Below the pieces are notes generated by a model that was not told where the DNA came from, did not search any database, and saw only the letters and a list, made by a program, of their open reading frames with translations. A program made the translations under genes and the position numbers. Below, one piece after another: positions 31,452 through 41,904 of a stretch of DNA of 64,000 nt (position 1 is its first letter; each line of letters begins with the position of its first letter). Location of the stretch: positions 32,001 to 96,000 of the forward strand of contig OY760142.1 in NCBI GenBank assembly GCA_963663225.1, read 5' to 3'. The DNA comes from Nitrospirota bacterium (lineage in GTDB: Bacteria > Nitrospirota > UBA9217).

Positions 31452-32195
31452 TTACCTCAAGGTCTTAATATAGTCGTTCGCCTTTGCCGCTATGTCGCTC
31501 TGGGGAGCAAATTCTACAGCTTTTTTAAACTCTGACAGTGCCAGATTCTTTCTGCCCGCCTTCAGATATGCCAAGGCCAGATTATACCGCATACCGGCGT
31601 TCTTCGGGGCAACTTTTATCCCGTCAGAAAATTCATTGATTGCTTCCTTTGTTTTTCCCGATTCAAACAACGCGGTTCCGAGTGCATTAATGATAAAGTC
31701 CAGGCTTGCGTTCCGCTTTGCATCGCGAAATGCTTCAATAGCCTTTTCATAATCCTTCTGCGCCATATATACCTGGCCGATATTATAATAAGGCAGATGG
31801 GGAGTAGTATACAGCTTATTATCGAGAGCTTTGTTATATGCTTTCAAAGCTTCTTGCCATTTTTGCTGTCGTGAGTACGTCGTCCCGATCGCATTGTAAG
31901 CTTCGGAAAAATTTGAATCCGCGTTGATTGCCTCTTTATAGAAGCCCACCGCGTCGTCAAACTTCTCCCGAGAATCGCTGATGATGCCCAGATAGTAATA
32001 TGACCATTTGTTAGAGCTGTCCGTCTGAATGGACCGGTGAAACTCGACCGTTGCAAGTTCGTATTTGTTTTCCTGGAAAAAAGCAAGGCCTTTCATATAG
32101 TAGCCTTCCGCCATTTTCGTGTTATCCACAGTATTACCGCCCGTGGTCACGCATCCGGCAAGTGCCAGAACAAGGATCACTACAAGTGTTCTCAT
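31452..32195 (-). CDS. TPR lipoprotein, PilF/PilW/Tgl-like secretin pilotin
   Basis: Lipobox LAGC; multiple TPRs; LY.TP motif; upstream of RodZ-like gene. Confidence 0.75.
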   Translation of the reverse strand: MRTLVVILVLALAGCVTTGGNTVDNTKMAEGYYMKGLAFFQENKYELATVEFHRSIQTDSSNKWSYYYLGIISDSREKFDDAVGFYKEAINADSNFSEAYNAIGTTYSRQQKWQEALKAYNKALDNKLYTTPHLPYYNIGQVYMAQKDYEKAIEAFRDAKRNASLDFIINALGTALFESGKTKEAINEFSDGIKVAPKNAGMRYNLALAYLKAGRKNLALSEFKKAVEFAPQSDIAAKANDYIKTLR

Positions 32196-32215
32196 CTCTG
32201 AATACTCCTTTCAGA

Positions 32216-33268
32216 TCAGAATGATGCTAGAAGACGTGCAAGCGCTTCTCGATCGCGGCTCACCAAACCGGCCCCTGTCTTGATCTCAGCGCTCAGGTCT
32301 TGGACCGGCGGTTTTGCTATCCCTGATCTGATCGCATGCTGCATAATTTCTTGCTGCTGTCTTGCTGAGATTTTTGCCTGTCGCTGTGGCTTTGGGGCTT
32401 CATTCTGATGCGGTCGAGAATCTGAGCGTTTCTGCAGTCGTGCGTCCGGTTCTTCCGTGGTTTGTGAACGGGATGCTTGTTGCTGCGTTGAAGGGGCTGG
32501 TGTCGCTATTTTGTCCTTTTGCAGTGGTGGGACCTTTTGCACCGAAGGACTCTGCAATGGCTGAAAGGTTTCCTGTGCAGCAGAGCTCTGGGGCTGTACC
32601 GGCGCCACCGATTGCGGCATATAAATCACTTGTGGGTGTATGATTTGCTGAATCTGTTGTTCAGGTGGTGCTGGTAATGGTTCAGGTGTCTGAGGGAGGA
32701 GCGTGTCTGAAGGCTGTACTGATTCCTCTTGTTGAGACATCGGGGGTGTTTGTGGTTGCGTCGCCGGCTGCGGAGTCTGTTGGAGCGGTGGTGCCGGCAA
32801 TATCTCTATCGTCTGAGGCACCGCAGTGCTGCTTGAGGACCGTACCGATACGGCCGGTTGCGAAAGCGGCGGTGTTTCGGGCGGCATAGTGTTAGCAAAA
32901 ATATCCTGTTCATCGATCCAGCGGTCCTGCTCTGAAGCGGATAACTTTAAAACGGCAACTTCGTCCAGCATCGCGCCTAGCCCTTCGGCGAACGCAAAGG
33001 CTTCCTCTTCAACGTCATTCATTTGCTCTTCAGGGAATGGATTGGAGGAATGGGCGTAGAACATCCGCCGGTTTGTCGTAAGAAGGTGCAGTGCTATATA
33101 TGCTGAAAAGTTCCCTTTGCGTTCCTTGAAGAAAAGAACATAACTTTTTGCATCTTCCAGCATCATCTCGGGAGTTGCTACCTGATGTACATTCATGGAA
33201 AAGAACACTTTGAAAATGTTCCGTTCCTTAATATTGAGATCGGTTATTTTAAGATCGATAGCGAACAT
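32216..33268 (-). CDS. hypothetical protein with Pro/Gln-rich linker and C-terminal LARLLASF
   Basis: 350-aa ORF in operon position; globular N-terminus, low-complexity middle. Confidence 0.75.
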   Translation of the reverse strand: MFAIDLKITDLNIKERNIFKVFFSMNVHQVATPEMMLEDAKSYVLFFKERKGNFSAYIALHLLTTNRRMFYAHSSNPFPEEQMNDVEEEAFAFAEGLGAMLDEVAVLKLSASEQDRWIDEQDIFANTMPPETPPLSQPAVSVRSSSSTAVPQTIEILPAPPLQQTPQPATQPQTPPMSQQEESVQPSDTLLPQTPEPLPAPPEQQIQQIIHPQVIYMPQSVAPVQPQSSAAQETFQPLQSPSVQKVPPLQKDKIATPAPSTQQQASRSQTTEEPDARLQKRSDSRPHQNEAPKPQRQAKISARQQQEIMQHAIRSGIAKPPVQDLSAEIKTGAGLVSRDREALARLLASF

Positions 33269-33320
33269 ATCCCGAATCAGTTCACAAGGCTAAGGTAATG
33301 GTTTGTCGAAATGTTGCCGG

Positions 33321-34229
33321 TTAAATATCTTCGAAATGAGTCAGCTTTTTGAACTCCCGATATCTGTTTTCAATTTCCCGATAATCAAGACTTCTCAGCC
33401 GGTCAAGGCTGAAAGATTCTACGTTCAGCGATGCCATTACGCTGCCGAAAATAACCGCCTTTCGCATGCTTTCCTCGGAAAAGTTCATCGTGCTCGCGAG
33501 GTATCCCATGAAACCGCCGGCGAACGTGTCTCCCGCGCCGGTAGGGTCGAAAACAGATTCGAGTGGATATGCAGGTGCGTTGAATATGCTGTGACCGTTA
33601 AACAGGAGGGCGCCATAGCTTCCCTGCTTGACAACAATGGATTTCGGCCCCATGGCCTGCACTTTTTTGGCAGCCTTGACCAGGCTCGCCTCCCCGGAAA
33701 GCTGCCTGATTTCAGCCTCGTTGATTGTGAGCAAATCTACGTTTTTTAGTATCCGCTTCAGCGCATCCAGTTTGCTTGAAATCCAGTAGTTCATGGTATC
33801 GCATGCCACCAGTTTCGGTTTTTCTATTTGCCGGAGCACATCAAATTGGATTTCAGGATCAATATTTGCCAGGAAAACGATGTCTGAATTCTTGTAATCA
33901 TCAACAATGGTTGGTTTGAAAGTCGCAAGAACGTTCAAATGGGTGGCGAGAGTATGCGCTTCATTGAGATCATACCCATATTCTCCCTTCCATCTGAAGG
34001 TTTCTCCCTTTTGGACTTCTAAACCCCGAACATCAACGTTCTTGCTTTTCAGAAACTGTATGTGCTCATGGGGAAAATCATCGCCGATCACGGCGACGAG
34101 CCGTACATCAGCGAAATAGCTGGCAGACGTTGAAAAATAGGTGGCGGAGCCGCCCAAGGCATTATCCACGGTCCCGAATGGGGTTGTAACTGAATCAAGC
34201 GCCACAGTGCCGACAACAAGCAGACTCAC
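33321..34229 (-). CDS. PfkB-family carbohydrate/nucleoside kinase
   Basis: LGGSA N-terminal motif, DPTGAGDTFAGG; GTG start with GGAGG RBS. Confidence 0.9.
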   Translation of the reverse strand: MSLLVVGTVALDSVTTPFGTVDNALGGSATYFSTSASYFADVRLVAVIGDDFPHEHIQFLKSKNVDVRGLEVQKGETFRWKGEYGYDLNEAHTLATHLNVLATFKPTIVDDYKNSDIVFLANIDPEIQFDVLRQIEKPKLVACDTMNYWISSKLDALKRILKNVDLLTINEAEIRQLSGEASLVKAAKKVQAMGPKSIVVKQGSYGALLFNGHSIFNAPAYPLESVFDPTGAGDTFAGGFMGYLASTMNFSEESMRKAVIFGSVMASLNVESFSLDRLRSLDYREIENRYREFKKLTHFEDI

Positions 34230-34315
34230 CAAATACCTCCATTCCAATTCGACGGCATACAGCATGCGTGAGCAGCAACCCGGAACGTGTTCTCTCTCTG
34301 CTCAGCATAAATATC

Positions 34316-35206
34316 TTATTTTATTTTCAAATATTTTCCGATAATCGGCGCCAGATCCCTTTTTGTCTTAGCAGGAACGATTTTTTCAGGAGTCATGATG
34401 GTATTTTTGAGAGAATCCCCGCAAGCACAGGACCTGGTCTCCGGCAGAACTCGTACTGCTTCACGAATCATGGCCTTGGATGTTTCAATATTTTTTTTCA
34501 TCACCGCCAGAACCGATTCCACCGTCACAGGCTCTTCGCTGTGGTGCCAGCAATCGTAGTCTGTGGCAAGGGCGATGGTGCTGTAGCATATTTCAGCTTC
34601 ACGGGCAAGTTTTGCTTCGGTCGCGTTTGTCATGCCGATCACGTCAACATTCCATGTGCGATAAAGAAGTGACTCCGCCTGGCTTGAAAACTGCGGGCCC
34701 TCCATGCACAAATAGGTGCCGCCCCGGTGAACAACTGCGCCTGTTGCAGTCCCGGCCTGGGCAATAATGTCGCACAGTTCGGCGCATACGGGGTTTGCCA
34801 TGCCTACATGGGCGACGATCCCGTTTCCGAAAAACGTGCTTCGTCTGTGTTTTGTATGATCATAGAACTGGTCGGGAATGACGATATCGCCCGGGTTTAT
34901 CTCTTCCTTCATGCTGCCGACAGCGCTTACTGAAATAATCCTCTGCACACCGAGCTTCTTCATGCCGAAAATATTAGCGCGGTAGTTGATGTCCGTCGGC
35001 ATAATGCGGTGCCCTTTTCCATGGCGGGGCAGAAAAGCTATTTTTCTCCCGAAGAGCGTGCCGACTATATATTCATCCGAGGGTTTTCCAAATGGAGTTG
35101 AGACGCTCACCGACCTTAAATTGGTAAGGCCTTCCATGGTATACAGACCACTGCCGCCGATTACACCTATGTCAATTTTTCCCAATCGGGAACTCTGTCG
35201 TGCCAT
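34316..35206 (-). CDS. mtnP: S-methyl-5'-thioadenosine phosphorylase
   Basis: IGGSG, TPFGKPS, PRHG, EGPQFS, GMT, TDYDCW. Confidence 0.93.
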   Translation of the reverse strand: MARQSSRLGKIDIGVIGGSGLYTMEGLTNLRSVSVSTPFGKPSDEYIVGTLFGRKIAFLPRHGKGHRIMPTDINYRANIFGMKKLGVQRIISVSAVGSMKEEINPGDIVIPDQFYDHTKHRRSTFFGNGIVAHVGMANPVCAELCDIIAQAGTATGAVVHRGGTYLCMEGPQFSSQAESLLYRTWNVDVIGMTNATEAKLAREAEICYSTIALATDYDCWHHSEEPVTVESVLAVMKKNIETSKAMIREAVRVLPETRSCACGDSLKNTIMTPEKIVPAKTKRDLAPIIGKYLKIK

Positions 35207-35277
35207 CCGTAAAACACCTCAGAAAAGTAAAAGATCAGATTGTAAAAGAATTACGGAAAAACTTTTTTCCAATATGC

Positions 35278-35547
35278 TCAGCCCTGTGCGGTGCTCTGTT
35301 CAGGAGATGTCTTTTTTGCATCCCCTTCCTCCAGAAACTCAACAGGTTTGTCGGGAATGATGGTAGATATTGCATGTTTATAAACAAGCTGCTGGTTTTC
35401 CTGCTTCATCAGAATGACGAAATTATCAAACCCCTTGATGGTTCCGGTGAGACGCGCACCGTTTACCAAATACACGGTAACTGAAATTTTTTCCTTGCGC
35501 ATCTGATTGAGAAAAATGTCCTGAAGATTTACCTGCGACTTTCCCAT
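35278..35547 (-). CDS. hfq: RNA chaperone Hfq
   Basis: [26 protein letters not shown]; downstream of miaA. Confidence 0.97.
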   Translation of the reverse strand: MGKSQVNLQDIFLNQMRKEKISVTVYLVNGARLTGTIKGFDNFVILMKQENQQLVYKHAISTIIPDKPVEFLEEGDAKKTSPEQSTAQG

Positions 35548-35631
35548 CAATCCTCCCTTTTTAAGCCGTTCCAGCACGGGCAAAAGCCCGTAGCTACCAT
35601 GCATGTTTGCTCAGTAAAAAGTTTTTTCATC

Positions 35632-36579
35632 TTATACCAACTTATTTGAAATTTCAATGCTTTTCTTTATTCGTGCGACGATTTCCTCCGGCTGTGAAAG
35701 GCCGGTAATGTCTATCCACGCCGCCTGCGGTTCACGCCGGAACCAGGTAAACTGGCGTTTGGCAAAACGCTTTGTATCACGCTTCAGAAAAGCCGTTGCA
35801 TCATCGCGCGATGATGTTCCGCGGCAAACGCCGATGAAATGCTGATATCCCAATCCTTTCATGGACACGAGATCGGGGCTGTATCCGCGGGCCATCAAGC
35901 CCCTGACCTCTGATTCCAGTCCATCCGCAATCATCTGGTCCACACGCTTTTCTATTCGGGGATACAGTTCCGTTCGCTCTCTGGTAAGGAACAGCAGGGT
36001 AAACCGATACGGCACATCGTTAAATGCGTGCTCCCGCTGGAACTCGGAAAGTTTTTTATCTTTCAGATAATAGACCTCCAGCGCCCTCATCGTGCGTCGA
36101 AGATCGTTCGGATGTATCCTTGCCGCAGCATCAGTGTCCCGTTTTACCAACTCAGCATACAGTGTCCCGGGGCTGTTTTCCATCTCCCGCTGGTGCAGTT
36201 GTGCCCGCAAATCCTTGTCTGCAGGAGGCCCTGAAAACAATCCGCGAGTAAGCGCCCGTATATACAAGCCTGTTCCTCCCACGACAAGAGGAGTCCTGCC
36301 GGAAGCCAGAATACGGTCAATGGCAGAGCGGGCATCCCTGAGATAATCTCCAACGCTATAAGCTTGCTCCGGCTCCACGATGTCGATCATATGATGAAAC
36401 ACCAATTCGCGTTGTTTTTTAGTTGGTTTGGCGGTGCCTATGTCCATCCCGCGATATATCTGCATCGAGTCCGCACTCACAATCTCGGTGCGGAATTCCC
36501 GGGCAAGGAGAAGGGACGCTTCCGTCTTGCCCACTGCGGTTGGGCCGGCAATAATCAGAATGGATTTTTTATCCGACAT
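35632..36579 (-). CDS. miaA: tRNA dimethylallyltransferase
   Basis: GPTAVGKT, SADSMQIY..MDIGTAKP, GGTGLY, AKRQFTW. Confidence 0.97.
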   Translation of the reverse strand: MSDKKSILIIAGPTAVGKTEASLLLAREFRTEIVSADSMQIYRGMDIGTAKPTKKQRELVFHHMIDIVEPEQAYSVGDYLRDARSAIDRILASGRTPLVVGGTGLYIRALTRGLFSGPPADKDLRAQLHQREMENSPGTLYAELVKRDTDAAARIHPNDLRRTMRALEVYYLKDKKLSEFQREHAFNDVPYRFTLLFLTRERTELYPRIEKRVDQMIADGLESEVRGLMARGYSPDLVSMKGLGYQHFIGVCRGTSSRDDATAFLKRDTKRFAKRQFTWFRREPQAAWIDITGLSQPEEIVARIKKSIEISNKLV

Positions 36580-36581
36580 AA

Positions 36582-36971
36582 TCAGTGAAGTATGATTTCA
36601 ACAGGGTAGTCACTGTTTCTCCAGCCTTTCATATGCCCCTCCAGTACATACACGTGCTCATAGCCTGACAGAGACAGTGAAAAAACGGCGATTGTCGCCC
36701 GCGGACCATGCTCGCAATAAAGAATGACCGGGTCTTTCTTTGAATAGCCGATTTCACGCAAACCGGAATCGATTGCTGAAAACGGGATATGGACAGCGCC
36801 GGGTACATGGTCCCGTTCGTATTCTCCCTGCGACCGCACATCGACAATCAACGGTGCAGTTCCATTCTGCATGTTCGTAAGAAGCAGCTCGGATGTCACG
36901 GTGGCCGCGCAGGCAGTGCAGAGTAAACAGCACACGAACGCGGGAAATACAATGCGAAGGCAGTTTGTCAT
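36582..36971 (-). CDS. rhodanese-domain protein, probably exported/lipoprotein
   Basis: DVRS..EY..HVPGA, LYCEHGPRA, LEGHM.GW; Cys-rich signal peptide. Confidence 0.85.
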   Translation of the reverse strand: MTNCLRIVFPAFVCCLLCTACAATVTSELLLTNMQNGTAPLIVDVRSQGEYERDHVPGAVHIPFSAIDSGLREIGYSKKDPVILYCEHGPRATIAVFSLSLSGYEHVYVLEGHMKGWRNSDYPVEIILH

Positions 36972-37004
36972 CGTGGTAAACCGCAGTGTGTCTTTATGAG
37001 GACA

Positions 37005-38774
37005 TCATGACCGTTTGAACATTTTTCTTATTTCATCCATGGTAAAACGCACAATTGTCGGTCTGCCGTGGGGGCAGGTATGCGGCATCCGGCATTGCTG
37101 AAGATCATCCAGCAGCGTTTCCATTTCTTTTCGTTCGAGCCGACGATGAACCTTGATGGCGGGGTGACAGGCCATGACGCTCAGAACTTCATCATACAGT
37201 TTATCCAGCCTGGCATTGCTCTCATGGGCGTTCAATTCATCAAGCATGTCAAGCAGCAATTGTGTATAGTCCGCTCCAGCCGCAAGAGCCGGTACTGCTT
37301 TTATCATGAAGGTGTTACTTCCGAACTCTTCGACAATAAAACCGAATTTTCCCAGCTCCGTCAAATATTCAGCGAGCAGACGTCCCTGGGCCGGACCCAG
37401 TTCCACCGGGGCGGGGATAAGAAGCTCCTGAATAGGAATGGAACCGCGGGAAAAAAGGTCCTGGAGCTTCTCGAATAAAATCCGTTCATGAGCGGCATGC
37501 TGATCGACAACGGCCATACCGTTCTGATATTGTGCAATGACATAGGAGTCATGCAGTTGTGCGAGCGGATGCATGCCCTGCCCCAAGAAAGAAGGCGTTT
37601 GGACGGCCGATTCATCGAGCACTGCGTGCCCTCCGGGCAGCTCATCAGGGAAGGCTGATCTTTCAGCTCTCTGATGGTCAAATACAAAAGGGGTTTTTTG
37701 CACCGGTCCGGTAGTGCCGGAATATGCAGGATTTTTGAGATAATCCGCATATGCTTCCTGTACCCGATCCTCACCGGGCATCTCATGCGCACGCAGGTTT
37801 TCTCTGATAGCATTCCGAAGCAAATCGTGAATCTGCGCCTGGTTCCTGAACCGTACTTCTGCTTTTGCAGGATGCACATTCACATCAACCAGTGCGGGGT
37901 CGATTTCAATAAAAATGAACCCGACAGGATGCCGATCACGCATAAGCATGTGATCGTATGCGCTGTACAGCGCGTGGTTCAGCGAGGGGTTCTTTATCGC
38001 ACGGCGATTGACATAAAAATCCTGGTACGTGCGGTCTGCCCGGGTGTACGCGGGACGACCGATAAAGCCATGCAGATATATACCGTCTCGTTCCTGTGAA
38101 AAGCCGATAAGATTATCGCTCAGTTCACGGCCATATAACTGAAACAACCGTTCCCGTTCATCCGGGGAAGCAGGAAGATCAAATACCAGCTTTTTGTTGT
38201 GGGTAAGCCTGAAATGTATGGAAGGACAGGCCATGGCCTGCCGTGACACGACGGACAGAATGTGTGAAAACTCGGTCGCCAGGGCTTTTAAAAATTTAAG
38301 CCTTGCAGGCGTATTGAAAAAAAGATGGCTGATTTCAAATGTAGCGCCCTGGGACGCTGCGGCATCGGCGACCGTTTTTACCGTACCGCCTTCGATCTCA
38401 ACCAGCACCCCGGCGGAAGCTCCCCGCTCCGCGGTAAGAAGCCGTACATGCGACACTGAAGCAATGCTTGACAGCGCCTCTCCGCGAAACCCCATGGTCC
38501 GGACAGCTTCCAGGTCCGAGTCGCTTGTTATTTTGCTCGTGGCATGGCGTTCGAAGGCAGTCTGCGCATCCGTTTTTGACATCCCGCTTCCGTTATCGGT
38601 AATGCGGATAAGCCTTCGTCCGGCCTGTTCAATGTCGATGAAAACAGCGGTTGCTCCGGCGTCGACGGAATTTTCGATGAGTTCCTTGACGACCGAAGCC
38701 GGACGCTCCACTACCTCTCCCGCGGCAATTTTATTGATAACATGATCGGGAAGTATTCTGATTGATTGCACCAT
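37005..38774 (-). CDS. mutL: DNA mismatch repair endonuclease MutL
   Basis: IAAGEVVERPASVVKELIEN, GFRGEAL, DVNVHP, DQHAAHER, CPHGRP. Confidence 0.98.
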   Translation of the reverse strand: MVQSIRILPDHVINKIAAGEVVERPASVVKELIENSVDAGATAVFIDIEQAGRRLIRITDNGSGMSKTDAQTAFERHATSKITSDSDLEAVRTMGFRGEALSSIASVSHVRLLTAERGASAGVLVEIEGGTVKTVADAAASQGATFEISHLFFNTPARLKFLKALATEFSHILSVVSRQAMACPSIHFRLTHNKKLVFDLPASPDERERLFQLYGRELSDNLIGFSQERDGIYLHGFIGRPAYTRADRTYQDFYVNRRAIKNPSLNHALYSAYDHMLMRDRHPVGFIFIEIDPALVDVNVHPAKAEVRFRNQAQIHDLLRNAIRENLRAHEMPGEDRVQEAYADYLKNPAYSGTTGPVQKTPFVFDHQRAERSAFPDELPGGHAVLDESAVQTPSFLGQGMHPLAQLHDSYVIAQYQNGMAVVDQHAAHERILFEKLQDLFSRGSIPIQELLIPAPVELGPAQGRLLAEYLTELGKFGFIVEEFGSNTFMIKAVPALAAGADYTQLLLDMLDELNAHESNARLDKLYDEVLSVMACHPAIKVHRRLERKEMETLLDDLQQCRMPHTCPHGRPTIVRFTMDEIRKMFKRS

Positions 38775-38850
38775 AGATTAGTTGACTACACGATGGGCAG
38801 CGTGTGGCGGCACAGCACTGCGATCTTTTCTGCGAGAAAACAACAATATC

Positions 38851-39588
38851 TCAGCAATTGTAATACCGGTGTCGCGACATGCCTTCTTTGACATGGTCCA
38901 GAATATAGGTTTTTATCAAGTCCCTGTCTACCGGGCTGATTTTCTCAAATTTCATTCCCATCCCCGGTCTTTTAAAGGACCCTTCTTCCTCTGCGGTGCG
39001 ATACAGGACGACGGCTTCAAGCAGAATCATCCTGCCCATAAGCTCAAAACTTATCGGGATACGCGCATGCATCGGTCTGGGTTCGAGGCTTTGCAGAAAG
39101 ACACCGTCCTCCGACAGGTCGCTGACAAAACCTTTTCCCTCTTTCGGCTTGTCTTCGAGCGTGGCGGTGAGCCGGGTGGGTATTCTGATGTTGCGGCGCC
39201 GTCCCTTTTCAATAACTGACTGAAGAGTCCGGTACAATTCTTCCACATTGACGGGTTTTCTGAGATAGGCGGCAGCATTCCCTCCTCGGCTCAGAAAATC
39301 CTCCAGAATTCTATCGGAAGAGGTCAGCAGTATGAAAGGGACCTCGGAAAAATGAGGGTCTTTCTGCATCTCGAACAGGACGGGCAGATCGGCAGAACCG
39401 GCGGCTGCAACAACAAATGACGGTTTTACCATGGCCATAAATGCAGTCGCCTCTTCCTTTGTATTGGCCGTGACAATATAATAACCGAATCGCTGCAGCA
39501 GCAAACACGTCGAAAAGCGGTCAAGAACATTTGCATCAATGATCAGAACATACTTTTTATTCTTGTCTCGTGTATCAGTTTCCTGCAT
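38851..39588 (-). CDS. pseudo-receiver + PilZ domain protein
   Basis: REC-like N-terminus with KP but no phospho-Asp; PilZ RRRNIR and DLSEDG. Confidence 0.8.
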   Translation of the reverse strand: MQETDTRDKNKKYVLIIDANVLDRFSTCLLLQRFGYYIVTANTKEEATAFMAMVKPSFVVAAAGSADLPVLFEMQKDPHFSEVPFILLTSSDRILEDFLSRGGNAAAYLRKPVNVEELYRTLQSVIEKGRRRNIRIPTRLTATLEDKPKEGKGFVSDLSEDGVFLQSLEPRPMHARIPISFELMGRMILLEAVVLYRTAEEEGSFKRPGMGMKFEKISPVDRDLIKTYILDHVKEGMSRHRYYNC

Positions 39589-39768
39589 TGCATGTTCCCT
39601 TCACCAGGACTCTGTTCCGCTGTGATCGACTGAGGCAGTATATTGCAGGCTCGATATCCCGCGCTGCAATTACATACTAGTATAGTTGACAAAAAGTTTC
39701 AAGAAATATCCGTGTTCTTTTTTTGGATGGTGAATCCATGCTGCCGCGTTTGGCGCATCACAGCACCA

Positions 39769-40572
39769 TTATCCATGTATTTTTTGGTACATCCATAATC
39801 TATGGGAGAGGGCCTGCGCAAACCCGTCTAGACCGGGAAACAAGCTTTCCCGGTGAATATTCATTTTATGCAGTTCCTTCAGTGCGCGCAATCTGTCCTC
39901 AATACTCATCTCGCAGTGAATTTTAATAACGGCATTGGCATTCTGCCACTCTTCCAGGGCCTGCAGATTTTCTTCAAACGACACCGCCACATTCCCGGAG
40001 CAGAGAAAAACGCCCTGCTGAATATTCAAGCGTTGGTTGAAAAAAAAGGGGTTCTCCAATCCCACCATTTTATAGGGTTTCTCATTCATATAGAGTGGGA
40101 TAAAGGACGCGTCAGTTCTTGTTTCATATTTATTCCGCTGCTCATAGCGGCGGTCTCCCATAATCACACGGGCTTTTTTACTCCACCACATCTGGTTCAC
40201 ACACCAGACAATGCTCGATCCGCTCGAAAATTCCAGCGCAAAATAGAGCGCCACATACGGAGAATACGTCCAGTCCAGCAACCGTGTCGGGGCCCCGTGA
40301 TGCTGCATCAAAGCCAGACAATACAACGTGTCCGAAAGCACAAACTGCTGATCGTTCCCGTCATAACGGCGTCGGAAATTTGTTATCAGCGCCTGTTCCA
40401 GAGACGGAGCATCGTGCAACTTAATATTTGACCGCTCACAGGCCCGCTCAAGGCTCGTTTTAAGCGGCCAGTCTTCAGATTGTCCCCGGTAAATCCAGGT
40501 ATCTTCTGTAAGAAGCGACAATTGTAGAAATCCCTCCCAGGTGGTTATCTTTATTGTGCTGACATCCTTCAT
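39769..40572 (-). CDS. FRG domain protein
   Basis: YRGQS, L.TSL.R, MQHHGAPTRLLDWT.SP.VALYFA, R..QQG.F, SLFPGLDG. Confidence 0.9.
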   Translation of the reverse strand: MKDVSTIKITTWEGFLQLSLLTEDTWIYRGQSEDWPLKTSLERACERSNIKLHDAPSLEQALITNFRRRYDGNDQQFVLSDTLYCLALMQHHGAPTRLLDWTYSPYVALYFALEFSSGSSIVWCVNQMWWSKKARVIMGDRRYEQRNKYETRTDASFIPLYMNEKPYKMVGLENPFFFNQRLNIQQGVFLCSGNVAVSFEENLQALEEWQNANAVIKIHCEMSIEDRLRALKELHKMNIHRESLFPGLDGFAQALSHRLWMYQKIHG

Positions 40573-40758
40573 GGTGCGACCTCCAGCTGATTACATGATT
40601 ACCGCGGGTAAGAATAAACAGGCCGGGAAGTACACAGGTTTGCGTACATCCGTGCGGAAAAAAGACTGCTTCGTCGGTCTGTCCATGGATAGTATCGCTT
40701 ATCTTCGCAACAAAAGTAAAAAAAATGCTGTAAAAATCCAGTTGCATGGTTCCCATTC

Positions 40759-41904
40759 TCAGCTCTGAACGGTGGACACTGCACCTTGTTTCTTCGGAAG
40801 CATGAGATGAAATGCGCAACCATTGCCATAGTCAGATTCTACCCATACTTTTCCTTTATGGATTTCAGCGATCATTTTGACGTTGGCGAGACCTATTCCG
40901 ATCCCCTTAGTGTCGCCCGGAACGACATAATACTCATCAAAAATAAAAGCAACTTTGTCTTTGGGGATACCGCGGCCATCGTCTCTGACCGTGACAATCA
41001 CATTTTCTTTTCGCTCCCTTACCAGGACTGATATCTTCTTTTTTGCATGTTTTATGGCGTTTGAAAAATAATTTCCTACAGCCCTGAACAGCAGTTCTCG
41101 GTCCGCTATGGTTCTGATGGAAGGAAGATACCCCCAGTTTTCCGGTTTTTTCCTATTAATTGTGAAGGTACAGCATTTGTGTTCGATTTCCGGCAGCAAA
41201 ACCGTGGCCGCTTCCTTGCACACCTCGACAACATCTGCATCGCTCAACTTCAGGCATGTTTTCCGATTTTTTAAACTGCCATAGGTAAGGGCATGATCAA
41301 TGATGCCTGACACCTTTTCTCCACTCTGCTTGATAATTTTCAGGAATTTTATTTTCTTCTGCTCCGGCAATGGTTTTTCCACCATGAGTTGGGCAAATCC
41401 GGTCACTCCAATAAGAGGATTTCGCAGGTCGTGAATAAGAGCACTCAGAAATCGTTCATGAGTTTTTTCAAGTGTCTTGAAATACGTGCGCGACATAAGG
41501 CCGATTATACCATGATAAAGATGTTCGAGGGTACAGCGCACATAATCAATTTTTTTGGGAAAGCACTTCTTCAGGTAGGGTGCTATTGACTCTTCGAAAA
41601 AATGAAAAAAAATCAACAGATTGTCGTATCGTTCTCTCGCTTTTGCGAAGGCCGCGCCTGTTTTCTGAACTCGTCTAAAATAACCGGTGAAATTGCCGTC
41701 TTGCAAGGAGGTAAGAAGGAACCATACAGCGTGTTGAAAATTTCGCTCTGATCTTGCATGGGGTTGATGAAGCGTTTTGGACGATACATAAAACTGGTGC
41801 CAGGTGAAGGCAATTTCTTTTTCGAACGGTTGCAATGCCCGTGCAACGGCAACGATTGTTTCCTGTTCATGAGGAGTCAAGCTGACTATCTCATTAACAG
41901 GCAT
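40759..41904 (-). CDS. cytoplasmic histidine kinase with helical (globin/RsbRD_N-like) sensor
   Basis: HDLRNP, NAIKH, DDGRG, GIGIGL; no TM. Confidence 0.82.
   Translation of the reverse strand: MPVNEIVSLTPHEQETIVAVARALQPFEKEIAFTWHQFYVSSKTLHQPHARSERNFQHAVWFLLTSLQDGNFTGYFRRVQKTGAAFAKARERYDNLLIFFHFFEESIAPYLKKCFPKKIDYVRCTLEHLYHGIIGLMSRTYFKTLEKTHERFLSALIHDLRNPLIGVTGFAQLMVEKPLPEQKKIKFLKIIKQSGEKVSGIIDHALTYGSLKNRKTCLKLSDADVVEVCKEAATVLLPEIEHKCCTFTINRKKPENWGYLPSIRTIADRELLFRAVGNYFSNAIKHAKKKISVLVRERKENVIVTVRDDGRGIPKDKVAFIFDEYYVVPGDTKGIGIGLANVKMIAEIHKGKVWVESDYGNGCAFHLMLPKKQGAVSTVQS

Noticed and set aside
32400-32900. Tandem repeat or CRISPR-like array in the P/Q-rich region
   Set aside because: Only low-complexity coding sequence; no identical repeats with spacers
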